NCBI GenBank assembly: GCA_951406725.2
Contig: OX597824.1
Location: forward strand, 80,972,001-81,036,000
DNA: 64,000 nucleotides
Direction: 5' to 3'
Origin: Octopus vulgaris
Taxonomy: Eukaryota
This document shows positions 13,331 to 26,218 of this stretch, in pieces. The notes beneath the pieces are model-generated. The model did not search any database and had not been told where the DNA came from. It worked only from the letters and a program-made list of their open reading frames with translations. The translations under genes and the position numbers were made by a program. Position 1 is the stretch's first letter, and each line of letters begins with the position of its first letter.

Positions 13331-13832
13331 GGCGGCGAGCTGGCAGAAACGTTAGCACGCCAAGCGAAATGCTTAGTGGTATTTCGTCTGCCGTTACGTT
13401 CTGAGTTCAAATTCCGCCAAGGTCGACTTTGCCTTTCATCCTTTCGGGGTCGATAAATTAAGTACCAGTTACGCACTGGGGTCGATATAGACGACTTAAT
13501 CTGTTTGTCTGTCCTTGTTTGTCTCCTCTATGTTTAGCCCCTTGTGGGTAGTAAAGAAATAAGAAACGTTAGCATGCCAAGCGAAATGCTTTGTGGTATT
13601 TCGTCTGCCGTTACGTTCTGAGTTCAAATTCCGCGAAGGTCGACTTTGCCTTTCATCCTTTCGGGATCGATAAATTAAGTACCAGTTACGCACTGGGGTC
13701 GATATAATCGACTTAATCCGTTTGTCTCTCCTTGTTTGCCCTCTCTATGTTTAGCTCCTTGTGGGTAGTAAAGAAATAAGAAACGTTAGCATGCCGGGTG
13801 AAATGCTTAGCGGTATTTCGTCTGTCTTTACA
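13331..13832 (+). mobile_element. SINE family B, head-to-tail tandem (about 2.3 units, 217-bp period)
   Basis: AGAAACGTTAGC recurs at 13345, 13562 and 13779. Confidence 0.9.
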
Positions 13833-14440
13833 CATTCGTCGGGCTTCTCAGTTTCCATCTACCAATTCCATTCAGAAGGATTTGGTCGGCTTGAGGTTGT
13901 TCTAGAAAACACTTGCCAAAGGTGCCACGCAGTGGAACTGAACCCGGAACGATGTGGTTGGGAAGCTTCTTACGACACAGCCAAGTGTTGTAAATATTGT
14001 TTTCTACCATTAAAAGTTTATTTCTTTACTTGGAGTTGATAAGGAATTCTGTAATGGATAGACATAAAATTCACGAATATTTTTATTCCCCCCTCCCTTT
14101 TTTTTTTCTCTTTTCCTCTTTTGCAATTACTACATGTTGTTAGTGCATGGATAAGATGCGGGACCTCAATGAAAGAGCCAGAGTTGTGATGTTTACAAGG
14201 ATCAAGATTTATTAGTCACATTACTTCTCTCAACAACATATGTGAACTTGTCTTCCTCTAAAGTCTACAAACGTTGCTGATATTTTGAAAATTTACTGCC
14301 TCGAACATTGTAAAACGATCTATAAATTACGAAAACAAATTTGATAAAGAATTTAGAGTAGAATAAAATCATGTTTTAACATACACTCACACATAGATAT
14401 ATACATGTATGTATATAGGTATGTATTGAAGTATGTGCAT

Positions 14441-14832
14441 AGGCGTAGTAGTGGCTGTGTGGTGAGTATCTTGCTTACCAGCCACATGGTTACGGGTTCA
14501 GTCCCACTGCGTAGCACCTTGGGCAAGTGTCTTCCACTATAGCCTCGGGCCGACCAAAGCCTTGTGAGTGGATTTGGTAGACGGAAACTGAAAGAAGCCC
14601 GTCGTATATATGTATATATATATGTGTGTGTGTATACGTTTGTGTGTCTGTGTTTGTTCCCCCCAACATCACTTGACAACCGATGCTGTTGTGTTTACGT
14701 CCCGTAACTTAGCGGTTACACCGATAGAATATGTACTAGGCTTACAAAGAATAAGTCCTGGTGTCGATTTGGCCGACTAAAAGCGGTGCTCCTGCATGGC
14801 CACTGTCAAATGACTGAAACAAGTAAAAGAGT
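14441..14832 (+). mobile_element. SINE family A, full length
   Basis: Head, CORE-like segment, internal (TA)n and tail all present. Confidence 0.92.
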
Positions 14833-15929
14833 ATGTACATGTAAGCATATATGTATGACTATATATTGTGTATTTAAGTAAGCGCCGGATGAAAAAATCC
14901 GGTGCATTCGGATAGTAAAACCTTATATTTATATCTGACGAAAATATTTTCTGTTTAACATCAATGTCACCTTTACTTAGAGTATATTACAAGATCAATA
15001 AAATATGTATATCAAGTAATGGAGCCATTATAATCGATAAAATCCCGTGAAGGCGATGCCCCAGTATGGCTCTAGTCCAGCGACTGAAACCAGTAAAATA
15101 ATACGAGAATCGTGTTAGTCAGATTATAATGTGAGTAAGACGGAGATCATTTTCCTAGACAGATAAATCTGTCTACGGGAGAGATAGACACTTGGATGGA
15201 AATTTACTCAGCGTACTCATACAGAATACTTACATTACATAATCATTATTGCTAGACAGGAAACACGAGAGAGGAGAACAAAATATATATATTAGCAACA
15301 GAAGTAGATAGCCGGACATAACATTCCAAAGCCATAATATCTGAAATGCTAGACGTTTCCCCGGAGATTTAGATTGGAATTACAAATTACTTTTATTTTA
15401 TTCAAAAAACTTAAAGAAATACAAACAAATTAGTTTAAGAAAAAAAATAAAAACACTGATAAATTTAGGTAAGAAAACAAACCAAAATACATAATAAAGA
15501 AATAAAGAGATGATGATGACGATGATGATGTTGGTGGATGTTAATTAACACACACTAGATGTGATATATATATATATATATGTTAATAAAATATATGCAT
15601 ATATATAAACATGTATACTCATATATGTGTATGTATAAGAATCTATGTTGGCATACGTACATGTTTGCCTATGTATGTACATATCGAATGTGATATATAT
15701 ATATATATGCATGTGTGCGTAAGTATATATATATATGTATATATACTCATATATGTATGTATACATATATATATATATATATGTATGTATATATACTCAT
15801 ATATTTGGCTTATGTACATACTTACCCATCTATATAACATACATAGATGTAAATACATATATGTATATAGAATAGCTAGCATTTAATTATCTAAGTATAG
15901 AAATACCTTCCAAAACCAAACTCATTATG

Positions 15930-16210
15930 TAAACTTAAATCTGATATTATGCAATTAAAAAATTCATAAAAAAAACATGAATTCTTCCGGCAAAATTAGA
16001 TACGTATAATGAAATAGACCATGGGCCGCACTAGCAACAACCTAACAATAACATTACACAAAACTACAGGAAAACCGGTAAACTAACATATTATATCAAC
16101 AAGGTGGAGAGAATAATAGAAATAAAAATGACGAAAACCCGAGAGAAGACGCAACGTCTTAGATATAAAGTCGACCGTACTTTACATTTAAGGACCACAA
16201 AGATAATGGG
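15930..16210 (+). pseudogene. Highly degenerate Penelope-like RT N-terminal fragment
   Basis: Translated pieces NNITQNYRK...INK...FTFKDHKDN resemble the PLE motif NITK.YKK...IN...F.TLKDHK.NF. Confidence 0.4.
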
Positions 16211-16622
16211 GTTTTTTTGTGTGTGTCTAGCTCTACAGTAATTGATCGTCGATTATGTGATGATGGCAAGTAATCAATCTGGGGATCAAATGCACAAGAT
16301 GTTATTTTGATTAGTGCTTAGTTGATTGAATATTCCACAGAAATGAGAATCATTAATTCTTTAACAGAATCGGCATGGCAGTATATGTCTAGGTTGAACA
16401 ACCAATCAATTACACGTACAATTCATCACGCGATCTTTCACACAGTATTCGTCTATCCAATTTCACTCACGAAAATGTTTTTCTTGATTCGATGCTATAG
16501 CAAAATCAGAAATCAGCTTTAGAACATTTTAAAACTATTTAAAAATAAGACTGGGTAAATCACAAAGACTAAAGAATGGAATAATAACAACGCTGTCACT
16601 AGCAAGTCCAGTGATATCGTTT

Positions 16623-17009
16623 GGATGGAAGCACTCCGTCGGTTACGACGACGAGGGTTCCGGTTGATCCGATCAACGGAACAGCCTGCTCGTGAAATTA
16701 ACGTGTAAGTGGCTGAGCACTCCACAGACACGTGTACCCTTAACGTAGTTCTCGGGGATATTCAGCGTGACACAGAGAGTGACAAGGCCGGCCCTTTGAA
16801 ATACAGGTACAACAGAAACAGGAAGTAAGAGTGAGAGAAAGTTGTGGTGAAAGAGTACAGCAGGGATCACCACCATCCCCTGCCGGAGCCTCGTGGAGCT
16901 TTTAGGTGTTTTCGTTCAATAAACACTCACAACGCCCGGTCTGGGAATCGAAACCGCGATCCTACGACCGCGAGTCCGCTGCCCTAACCACTGGGCCATT
17001 GCGCCTCCA
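16623..17009 (-). mobile_element. SINE family C (tRNA-derived), full length, with 14-bp TSD
   Basis: Head GGAGGCGCAATGGCCCAGTGGTTAGGG...GGTTTCGATTCCC; TSD CAGTGATATCGTTT at 16609-16622 and 17010-17023. Confidence 0.93.
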
Positions 17010-17129
17010 CAGTGATATCGTTTATAAGCATAACTAAAGAATTACTTGATGTGATGGAGCTTAATTTTAACATTTAAGGCTTAAATCCCTAAGAACCAGT
17101 AACTTCGAATTCGTTAAATACTATAATTT

Positions 17130-17465
17130 CTGTTATTCTTTTACTTGTTTCAGTCATTTGACTGTGGCCATGCTGGAGCACCACCTTTAGTCGAGCAAAT
17201 GAACCCAAGGACTTATTCTTTGTAAGCCTAGTACTTATTCATATTTATTGACCACAAGGGGCTAAACATAGAGGGGACAAACAAGGACAGACAAACGCAT
17301 TATGTCGAATACATCGACCCCAGTACGTAACTGGTACTTAATTTATCGACCCCGAAAGGATGAAAGGCAAAGTCGACCTCGGGGGAATTTGAACTCAGAA
17401 CGTAGCGGCAGACGAGATTCCGGTAAACATTTCGCCCGGCGTGTTAACGATTCTGCCAGCTCGCA
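17130..17465 (-). mobile_element. SINE family A tail fused to a SINE family B copy
   Basis: 17130-17240 is the reverse complement of the family A tail; 17245-17465 is the reverse complement of family B. Confidence 0.85.
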
Positions 17466-18110
17466 GCCCTAATATATTATACATATACTTAAGAGTTCTT
17501 ATGTTCTCTCCATACATTCTTATACAGACATCCTCTTTAGTTGATGTTTGCCTGACAATATTTGGGTGCATATTTTTGTATATTATGTGGCGTCCGTTTT
17601 CTTTCGTCAACATGTCTGCGTGTATGGCTGCTGCTTTTCTTCGTCTATGTCTTCTACATAATTTGTACGTATTCATTCTTATCTGTCCAACAGTTGATAT
17701 GACGGTAGTTTATTCTCGGAGCAAGAATCTAAGTACTCTATAGAACTAAAAATTTAATTATTCCACAACAAAGCCAATACGTCACCAATTCTCAGATTGC
17801 AAAGGAAGCAGGCTGCATAGCGGTGATTGTTGGCCGCGAAGATGGACGCGGTGGTAATGGGGGCATTTTAGTCTCTGTGGAAATGTTTCATAAATTACAT
17901 TACAGTTACAATAATAGAATTTCTAGAATGACTTTAAAGAACGGTAAACCAAGAGCAAAAAATGTTTCTGGGCATCACATGATTACTGAGAAATGCTTTG
18001 AGATTGTAGATAATTTATGATGTTCGTTAAAATGGATTGGAGCCAAGAGGCTCAATTCTCTATTGAGGTTTTGGTGCTAAGGTATTTTTGTCCATCTTAT
18101 AAGAGACACT

Positions 18111-18161
<51 letters not shown>

Positions 18162-18230
18162 CTAAATATATACAAATATATGTATATATATATGTATGTA
18201 TATATATGTATAAAATATATATAGTATATA

Positions 18231-18274
<44 letters not shown>

Positions 18275-18503
18275 ATATAATATACATAGATGTGTAAATG
18301 CAGATAAAAATCGATAAGTATGGAGATAATTCTCTTCCTCTCTCATTGTATATATATATATATATGTTAATATAGACACATCTGTACTTATAGATATATG
18401 GACACGTTTATATATATATATATATATAGGTGTGTATAACGTGAATGTGTGAATGTGTTTTTGTAAGAGCATATAAATTTTATACATACATACATACTTA
18501 AAT

Positions 18504-18537
<34 letters not shown>

Positions 18538-19209
18538 TCATATATGCAAACATACATTTATATATAGGGGGTGTATGCATATATATACATTTATTATATC
18601 CACGCATGCAGATTTCAACTTGCATAGGTTTTCATTTTGACATACAATTTAAGGAACAGAATCATCTTACTCTATGAGCTTATTAAATTAATAGAGTTCT
18701 TTACAGGTAGATGGAGGCAGTTGATAGGGATGGGTGGGTGGGGTGGGGGTCAAATGCCCTCCCGAAAAAGAATCATACTTTATTTCATTTTTACCGTATA
18801 ACATATTCAATTATAATTAAGTGTCAAATGTCAACAGGCTTCCGGCTTCAACCAGTCATCTTGCTACGTTGGATTCACGTGATAAGCATCGATCTGTTGG
18901 TACACACACAAACACATACACACACACAAACTCACACACACACACAAACACACACATACATACATACACATATACACAGAGAGTAACGTATACACGCGTG
19001 CATTCTGATGTATGCATAGTTTCACCGAGAAACACAGATACGTACAATGGACATACACAGGGCTTTACACATTCAACATCAATACTTATCAAAACTTTCT
19101 TTCAATACTTTATTCTAAGTGCTTTCTCCCATGTTCCTCTGAAATGGTAACCCCAGGATTCACTTCTATGCATCTGTGCATATATTAATACAAACATACG
19201 CACGCACAC

Positions 19210-19260
<51 letters not shown>

Positions 19261-19411
19261 TATGCATATATACATAGATACATACATATATACACATATA
19301 CAGATACATAGACACACACACACATATATATACACATACATAAATACATGCATATATTCATATATATATGTGTGTATGTATCTATCTACCTACCTATCTT
19401 CCTACTTACCC

Positions 19412-19457
<46 letters not shown>

Positions 19458-19477
19458 TTCTCTCGCTCTGTCTGTAT

Positions 19478-19552
<75 letters not shown>

Positions 19553-19779
19553 AATATCCGTAATTATTTGCTTATTTATGAATACAGAGGTAGAAATATG
19601 CAATTTCACTTGGTACCAATATACAAATACAGAAGAAAGATATACAGTACTCAATATTAGCGGAGTATTTTCGCAAAATCTATATGAAACCCCACACAAT
19701 TTAACTACCGCGAAAGTTATTCAATCTATGTTTCCAATTATCGCTCTCTTCAAGAGTTAGACAAAAATCGTACAAATAA

Positions 19780-20015
19780 ATATTGGTTTCAAATTTTAGC
19801 ACACGAACGACAAATTGCGGAGAGTGGGGTGGTGGTGGTGGTGGTGGTGGAATCGATTACATCGAACCCAGTGTCCAGTTGGTAGTTATTTTATCAACCC
19901 GGAAAGAACGAACGGCATGTTAGCCTCGGCGGAATTCGAACACCAGAACGTAAAGACGGCCGAACTGCTGCTCAGCACTTCAATCGGCGAGCTAATGATT
20001 TTGCCAGCTCGGCGT
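19780..20015 (-). mobile_element. Diverged SINE family B variant
   Basis: GCCTCGGCGGAATTCGAAC.CCAGAACGTAAAGAC...GATTTTGCCAGCTC; alternative tail with AAATTT..AACCAATA. Confidence 0.75.
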
Positions 20016-20034
20016 TTTAGTGTACTAATAAATA

Positions 20035-20124
20035 CAACAATTCCTCGATTATCGCTGGTGTTACATTCCAAAAAGACCCTGCGATAGGTGAAAATCCGCG
20101 AAGTAGATACAGTACTGTACTGTA

Positions 20125-20185
<61 letters not shown>

Positions 20186-20319
20186 ATTTTTATAATTTGT
20201 ATATATGTATTTTATTATAAATGCAAAACAATATCATGGAGGAAGCGACGTAAGCTTAAATGATAAACCGTGATAGGTGAACCGTGATACATGAACCGCG
20301 AAATGGTGAAGGCTTACTG
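20035..20319. mobile_element. pogo/Tigger-like MITE
   Basis: Degenerate TIRs TA|CAACAATTCCTCGATTATCGC and GCGAAATGGTGAAGGCTTACTG|TA, TA target duplication, repeated subterminal CCGCGA/CCGTGATA motifs. Confidence 0.65.
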
Positions 20320-20733
20320 TATTGCTTTCGTAAGATGACGTTGGAGAAGATTTCCGGTTTCTCGTAAAAAGATAATTACGGGAGACGGTGAAAGTATTTG
20401 TAAGAGGCCAAAGCTGCAATGGAGCAGCGAAGTCTTTGACATTGAACAATCCATGCATTAGTACCCCTAATGGAACTATAAAGTGAAGGTATGAATATAT
20501 CGCGTGTTCTTCGAATGGCAATTGACTAGAGATGAATATACGTTATATTTTTTTATGATCTGGTATTCACGAAAAACTCTTAATTAATAATCGCATGTCT
20601 AAGTGTTTACAAAAATTTTTGCTTGTACATTGTCACGCCACTTCCCTAGTTCACTCGCTTGGATAACTGCAAACTGAATCTGCGACTAACGATTCTAGAC
20701 ATTTAAGGTTTACAACATATTGAAATGACACAG

Positions 20734-21152
20734 AATTTGTATAAGCATATAATATACCAGTGGTTGAGTAATATGCTTTATTTAAAGCAGCAGAAAATTC
20801 TACAAAATCAGTTACTCTGAGCAAAAACTGTCCGATGAACGACAACGCGAAACTCAGAGTAACAAGTTTTGTAGAGTTTTCTGCTGCTTTCAATATATAT
20901 AGATCGCTAGCCACTACACATTCTTTATTTTCTCTCTTTATTTTCTCTCCTTGTTTCTTTATGTGTTCCTTTCTGCAGAAGAGTGTAGGCTCGAAATGTT
21001 AAAGACTTTTTCAATTCCCGAGCGTTATACTAATATATCTGTTTGTTGTCTACACCACCTGCCTTCGTCTTTTGCCTTTTTTTTTTCTTTTGTGAATTCT
21101 CCCCCTATATATATATATATGTTTCTATTCTTCTTCGCACTAAATTCTCATC
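20734..21152 (+). mobile_element. Composite PLE-like non-autonomous element: 38-bp hairpin module plus family P2 module, with two hammerhead-like motifs
   Basis: IR arms 20784-20821 and 20853-20890. Motifs CCGATGAACGACAACGCGAAACTC and CTGCAGAAGAGTGTAGGCTCGAAATGTT. Inverted copy at 24246-24714. Confidence 0.7.
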
Positions 21153-21234
21153 AGAATGGTTGCTCGACACGCGAGAAGTCAAAACTTATTTGCACTTTCA
21201 CTATAACATCGTGCCATTTTTCTTTCTCGCTCAA

Positions 21235-21585
21235 CTAGCAAATGTATACCGAAGAAGAATAAAGAGCAGTGACACGATTTTTCTAGTCGGAAGGTGTGTC
21301 GGGTGCTGAAATTCATCAGAGGCTTTTAGCACAATGCGAGGACAGTGCACTACGACGCTGAAGTGTGTATGAGTGGATCGAGAAGTCTAAAAGTTTAAAT
21401 GTTTTGGGATTCAAAAGGAGTAGACGCAGGAGTGGCTGTGTGGTAAGTAGCTTGCTAACCAGCCACATGGTTCCGGGTTCAGTCCCACTGCTTGGCATCT
21501 TGGGCAAGTGTCTTCTACTATAGCCCCGGGCCGACCAATGCCTTGTGAGTGGATTTGGTAGACGGAAACTGAAAGAAGCCCGTCG

Positions 21586-21616
<31 letters not shown>

Positions 21617-22290
21617 GTGTGTGTTTGTGTGTCTGTGTTTGTCCTCCTAGCATTGCTTGACAACCGATGCTGGTGTGTTTACGTCCCCGTAACTTAGCGG
21701 TTCGGCAAAAGAGACCGATAGAATAAGTACTGGGCTTACAAAGAATAAGTCCCGGGGTCGATTTGCTCGACTAAAGGCGGTGCTCCAGCATGGCCGCAGT
21801 CAAATGACTGAAACAAGTAAAAGAGTAAAGAGAGAGAGGTATGCGATCAACAGTGCAAGATAGAGTGTTTTGTTGAAGCCAGGAATTCGCACCAAAAGCT
21901 GTGTCTATTGTTGAAGAAAGTTTTGTTGCTGCATGACACTGCACGTCCAAATACGGCCACTTAGATCATTGAAACCATTTACCAATTGGGTTTTGAGGCG
22001 CTGGTACACCCTGCCTCTAACCCAGATCTCGCCCTTTCCGACTGTTATATCTTTGGACCGCACGAAGATGGTTTACGAGGTCATCGATTTCCTACGGATA
22101 AAGATATGAAGGAAACGATGCAAAAATGGTTGCACGACCAACCGAAAACCTTCATGTAGGGCATACGCAAGCTTGTGGACTGCTAGACCAAGTGGATCAA
22201 AAAGGAAGGAGATTATATACTTTGTCGTTTATTATTCATCACAAATATAAGCCAACACCGCAACCAATTTTCTTTTGAGTGACTGCAATA
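21235..22290 (+). pseudogene. Internally deleted mariner transposase remnant, interrupted by a SINE
   Basis: The 5' part reads SEGVSGAEIHQRLLAQCEDSALRR*SVYEWIEK (HTH). The 3' part reads VLLLHDTARP...LVHPASNPDLALSDCYIFGP...GLRGHRF...GIRKLVDC*TKWIKKEGDYI (HDNARPH and YSPDLAPSD motifs). Confidence 0.88.
21422..21838 (+). mobile_element. SINE family A, full length
   Basis: Complete head-to-tail match to the other copies. Confidence 0.93.
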
Positions 22291-22826
22291 TGTTAAAGTA
22301 TGCACGCTTGCATGTTATCTCATCTTCTCAATTCATTATCTCCTATAAGAGGACTGGTGACCTTGATTTTCAATTACACTCACTCCCCTGTGTGTTTATA
22401 TTCATTCCCAATGATATAAATGCGAATATATTTACGTATACTTTTTCGTCTACGTCTGTAGAAATACGTAATTTCGTGTGTGCTTAGAGTACATCTGTTT
22501 ATGCCGACATCTGTATAATGTAAGTTCTTATGTTTGTATATGTACATATATCCATACGTACATCTGTTCATATATCGTATGTACATACATATGTAAATAT
22601 ATCTGTGTGTGTGGTGTAAATATACATATATATAAATTCACACGTATACATATGTGTCTGTACCGAGTAAAGGGATACATTCGCATCTGTCTATCCTGTC
22701 TTCATATACTGTTTCCATTTGCATAAATATATCCGCACATATATTTGCCTTGATATACATTACACACGCCTATACGTGCATTTTTGTCTAAATAGAATTA
22801 TGTTCATATACATACATACATATATG

Positions 22827-22905
<79 letters not shown>

Positions 22906-23022
22906 ATGCGCGTGTGTGAATATATATATATATATATATATATACATCCACATTAGTATCTATCTATTTACGCAGCCATGTATATCTATAGGAATATGTA
23001 CAACACCGTATATATGACTATT

Positions 23023-23075
<53 letters not shown>

Positions 23076-23079
<4 letters not shown>

Positions 23080-23345
23080 ATCCAAACAAGAAAACACAGA
23101 AAAAAGAGAAAAAAAACACATCAACGCGGGACGTGGAACAATTAAAGTATTATTGACGCTCAGGAAAGAAGGGAAGGAGGATATATATATATACATATAT
23201 ATATCCGTAACTTAGCGGTTCGGCAAAACAGACCGATAGAATAAGTACTAGGCTTACAGAGAATAAGTCCTGGGGTCGATTTGCTCGACTAAAGGTGGTG
23301 CTCTAGCATGGCCGCAGTCAAGTGACTGAAACAAATAAAAGAGAG
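23076..23345. mobile_element. Truncated family P1 element followed by a SINE family A tail
   Basis: 23076-23180 is the reverse complement of 62290-62378; 23205-23345 is the family A tail. Confidence 0.75.
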
Positions 23346-24245
23346 AGAGAGAGTAAGAATATATATATGTGTGTGTGTGTGTGTTTATGTGTGTCTGCAC
23401 ACACGCACGCACGCACAAATATTCACATGCATACATGCACAAACAACACAAACACACACACGCACGCACGCACGTTTCTGCCAAAGGAACTATTTGTTTT
23501 CGCCTATCGTTTCACTTTCGTTTTCTAGAGCACGTGCACTTTGCTGAGAACTTGCTGTCGTTGCTCATTCGTCTTTGCTTCATTGTAATCATTTTATCTA
23601 TTCATTTATTCTTTCTTTTTTATCCATTTCTCTATTTATTTATTTATTTATTTACTCATATATACGCAAGCCGGTGTGTTTGTAATTATATTCACCTGCT
23701 TACGTTCTTACAAGCAAGCTTTTTCATATATACCGTTTATTATTGTTTTATTTCCTCTTTTATACTTGTGTACACTAACCTCCATACTTAATCTGCTTTC
23801 TCGTCTCCATTTACCCTTTTGATGTGTAAGAGCTAGATTTCCTGCCTACCTACAATTATATCTTGTTACAATAACTATATTCAACTCTTGCTATCTTTCT
23901 CCATCTTATTATTCATCCCCTCTTTCTCATCCATAATTATCTGATGTATGTGTGACTTATCTTCCTAATATTACCTTAAGCTACACCAGTAATTAATACT
24001 ACATACTTGTACATCTTCGGTTTTTCCCTTTCTTACTAGTTTAGTTGCTAACTTGCTTTTACGAGCAAATTTATTGCTCTTTTCAATACAATGTTGTTAT
24101 ATATATATATATATATATATATTATGTGAAGGCGCAACCGACTACCTCATTAATACCATTTTCTTTTTCTTTTTTGTTGTTGCTGTGATTGTTGCATTGC
24201 ATCATAAGCCACTCTCGAATACGGGAAACTTGTGTGTACATCGAC

Positions 24246-24274
24246 GATGAGAATTTTAGTGCGATGAAGAATAG

Positions 24275-24334
<60 letters not shown>

Positions 24335-24714
24335 GGAGAATTCACAAAAGAAAAAAAAAAGCAAAAGACGAAGGCAGGTGGTGTAGACAACAAATAGATA
24401 TATTAGTATAACGCTCGGGAAATGAAAAAGTCTTTAACATTTCGAGCCTACTCTCTTCCGCAGAAAGGAACACAGAAAGAAACAAGGAGAGAAAATAAAG
24501 AGAGAAAATAAAGAATGTGTTGTGGCTAGCGATCTATATATATTATATGCTTAATTTAAAGCAGCAGAAAATTCTACAAAACCTGTTACTCTGAGTTTCG
24601 CGTTGCCGTTCAACGGACAGTTTTTGCTCAGAGTAACTGATTTTGTAGAATTTTCTACTGCTTTAAATAAAGCATATTACTCTACCACTGGTATATCATA
24701 TGCTTATACAAATT
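24246..24714 (-). mobile_element. Inverted copy of the composite PLE-like element at 20734-21152
   Basis: Collinear reverse-complement match including both hammerhead-like motifs (24432-24467, 24588-24621) and the hairpin. Confidence 0.75.
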
Positions 24715-25192
24715 GATAAATAGACAGAAAGATAGATAAATAGATATATTGATTGATAGACAGATAAATTTATAGGCATACATATATCTGAGAAAGGGAG
24801 ATACATCTGATCGATTTATTAGTGAGATATTTTGCCGAACGATACCTGTATACATCACATCTTTACATTTCTACTCCTTCGCAGAAATACAGTTATCATC
24901 ATAAAATCCTTAGGAGCATTTCGGCCCTGTTGCCTGTCCTTTCCATTCATGGCAGTTGTAACTGATAACGACCAAAAGACAAATAGAAGTAAAATGCAGC
25001 AAATAAAATACATAAAAGCAAAATGAAAAATTTTGCTATATCACAGAAGGTTTAATTCTGGAGTACGATGAAAATGCCCAACGTTTCGGATAAAAGCCCT
25101 TCAAAATTTTTATAGCCTACGGAAATATTTCTCAATTCCTTATTTTATGTGTAATATATGACGAGTAGTATGGTAGTCTCTGCTAATGGAAC

Positions 25193-25272
<80 letters not shown>

Positions 25273-25276
25273 TTAA

Positions 25277-25821
25277 ATGTCCTGATGCAGTACAAGGCAG
25301 TGGCTCTCATGGCTTCTGATCTTAACTAATTGGAAGTGTTATCATGTACATTGTTTTGTCTTGGTATAAAAGATGGGCTACAGCAAATATTCTGCTCAAT
25401 ACCACAGATTTGCTTGTCAGTTGTTTGACCTTAACCAGATGAGCATGTCCTTCAGTTGCTGACGATATGTTCATCTCTGATCACGAGCAGAAGTAGTGGG
25501 GGAGCATCATAGCTATGTGTTGAGAGGAGTTATTTGGGGTTTGAATAATTCACCTCAAGAAACATGAGTGTTTCGTTCAACATCATTAAACAATCCTTAT
25601 TGAGGGACTTTTTGAGCGGGATGGGTTACTCGACCAGAAGAAAATTCTAACTGGGACCCATCTACAAGGTCATGTGCTGTTTACCTTGATATGAGAGCAC
25701 ATGTGGTTGTGATGCATGTGCCAAGTGTACCCTTATCAGACGGGTAGTCATGATGGGTATACTGGGTTTCGTATATTTTACCCAAGTGTCATTTTGATGG
25801 CATGCACTTCTCTCTCACTCA
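25277..25821 (+). mobile_element. ~550-bp non-coding element flanked by (TAA)n (family T)
   Basis: Starts ATGTCCTGATGCAGTAC, ends CTCTCTCACTC(AAT)n; three more copies at 30196-32410. Confidence 0.85.
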
Positions 25822-25834
25822 ATAATAATAATAC

Positions 25835-25922
<88 letters not shown>

Positions 25923-25949
25923 GGAACCGAAATAATAATAATAATAATA

Positions 25950-26187
25950 AGGGAACCATTATGCAAAAGATTGTCTTAACTGGTACATCACACGTATTGA
26001 GAAGAGCATTGTGGATGTGAGAACTATTACTACCCATGTATTTTAATTTAACTTAAAAAAAAAAAATGTACGAACTATTGAGTTTAGTTTAATGGCCTAT
26101 CAATGTATACTTTGAGTTTCTTTGCCCTAGGAGTCGGGAAGACACCCGGCAAAAATGGAAGCAAATTTGAAAGAAGAAAAAAAAAAA

Positions 26188-26190
<3 letters not shown>
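25950..26190 (+). mobile_element. R4/Dong LINE extreme 3' end
   Basis: Reads MQKIVLTGTSHVLRRALWM*, paralogous to QKIVLMGTAHILRKILSM* of the 28103 ORF; followed by a 3' UTR and flanked by (TAA)n. Confidence 0.8.

Positions 26191-26218
<28 letters not shown>

Noticed and set aside
16930-17009. tRNA-like sequences (also near 38823, 39392, 40250 and family A/B heads)
   Set aside because: They are SINE heads continuing into SINE bodies, some with TSDs; not standalone tRNA genes.
25077-25105. Partial hammerhead-like motif TGAAGGGCTTTTATCCGAAACGTT (minus strand)
   Set aside because: The 5' core and stem I are missing and no parent element is recognisable.
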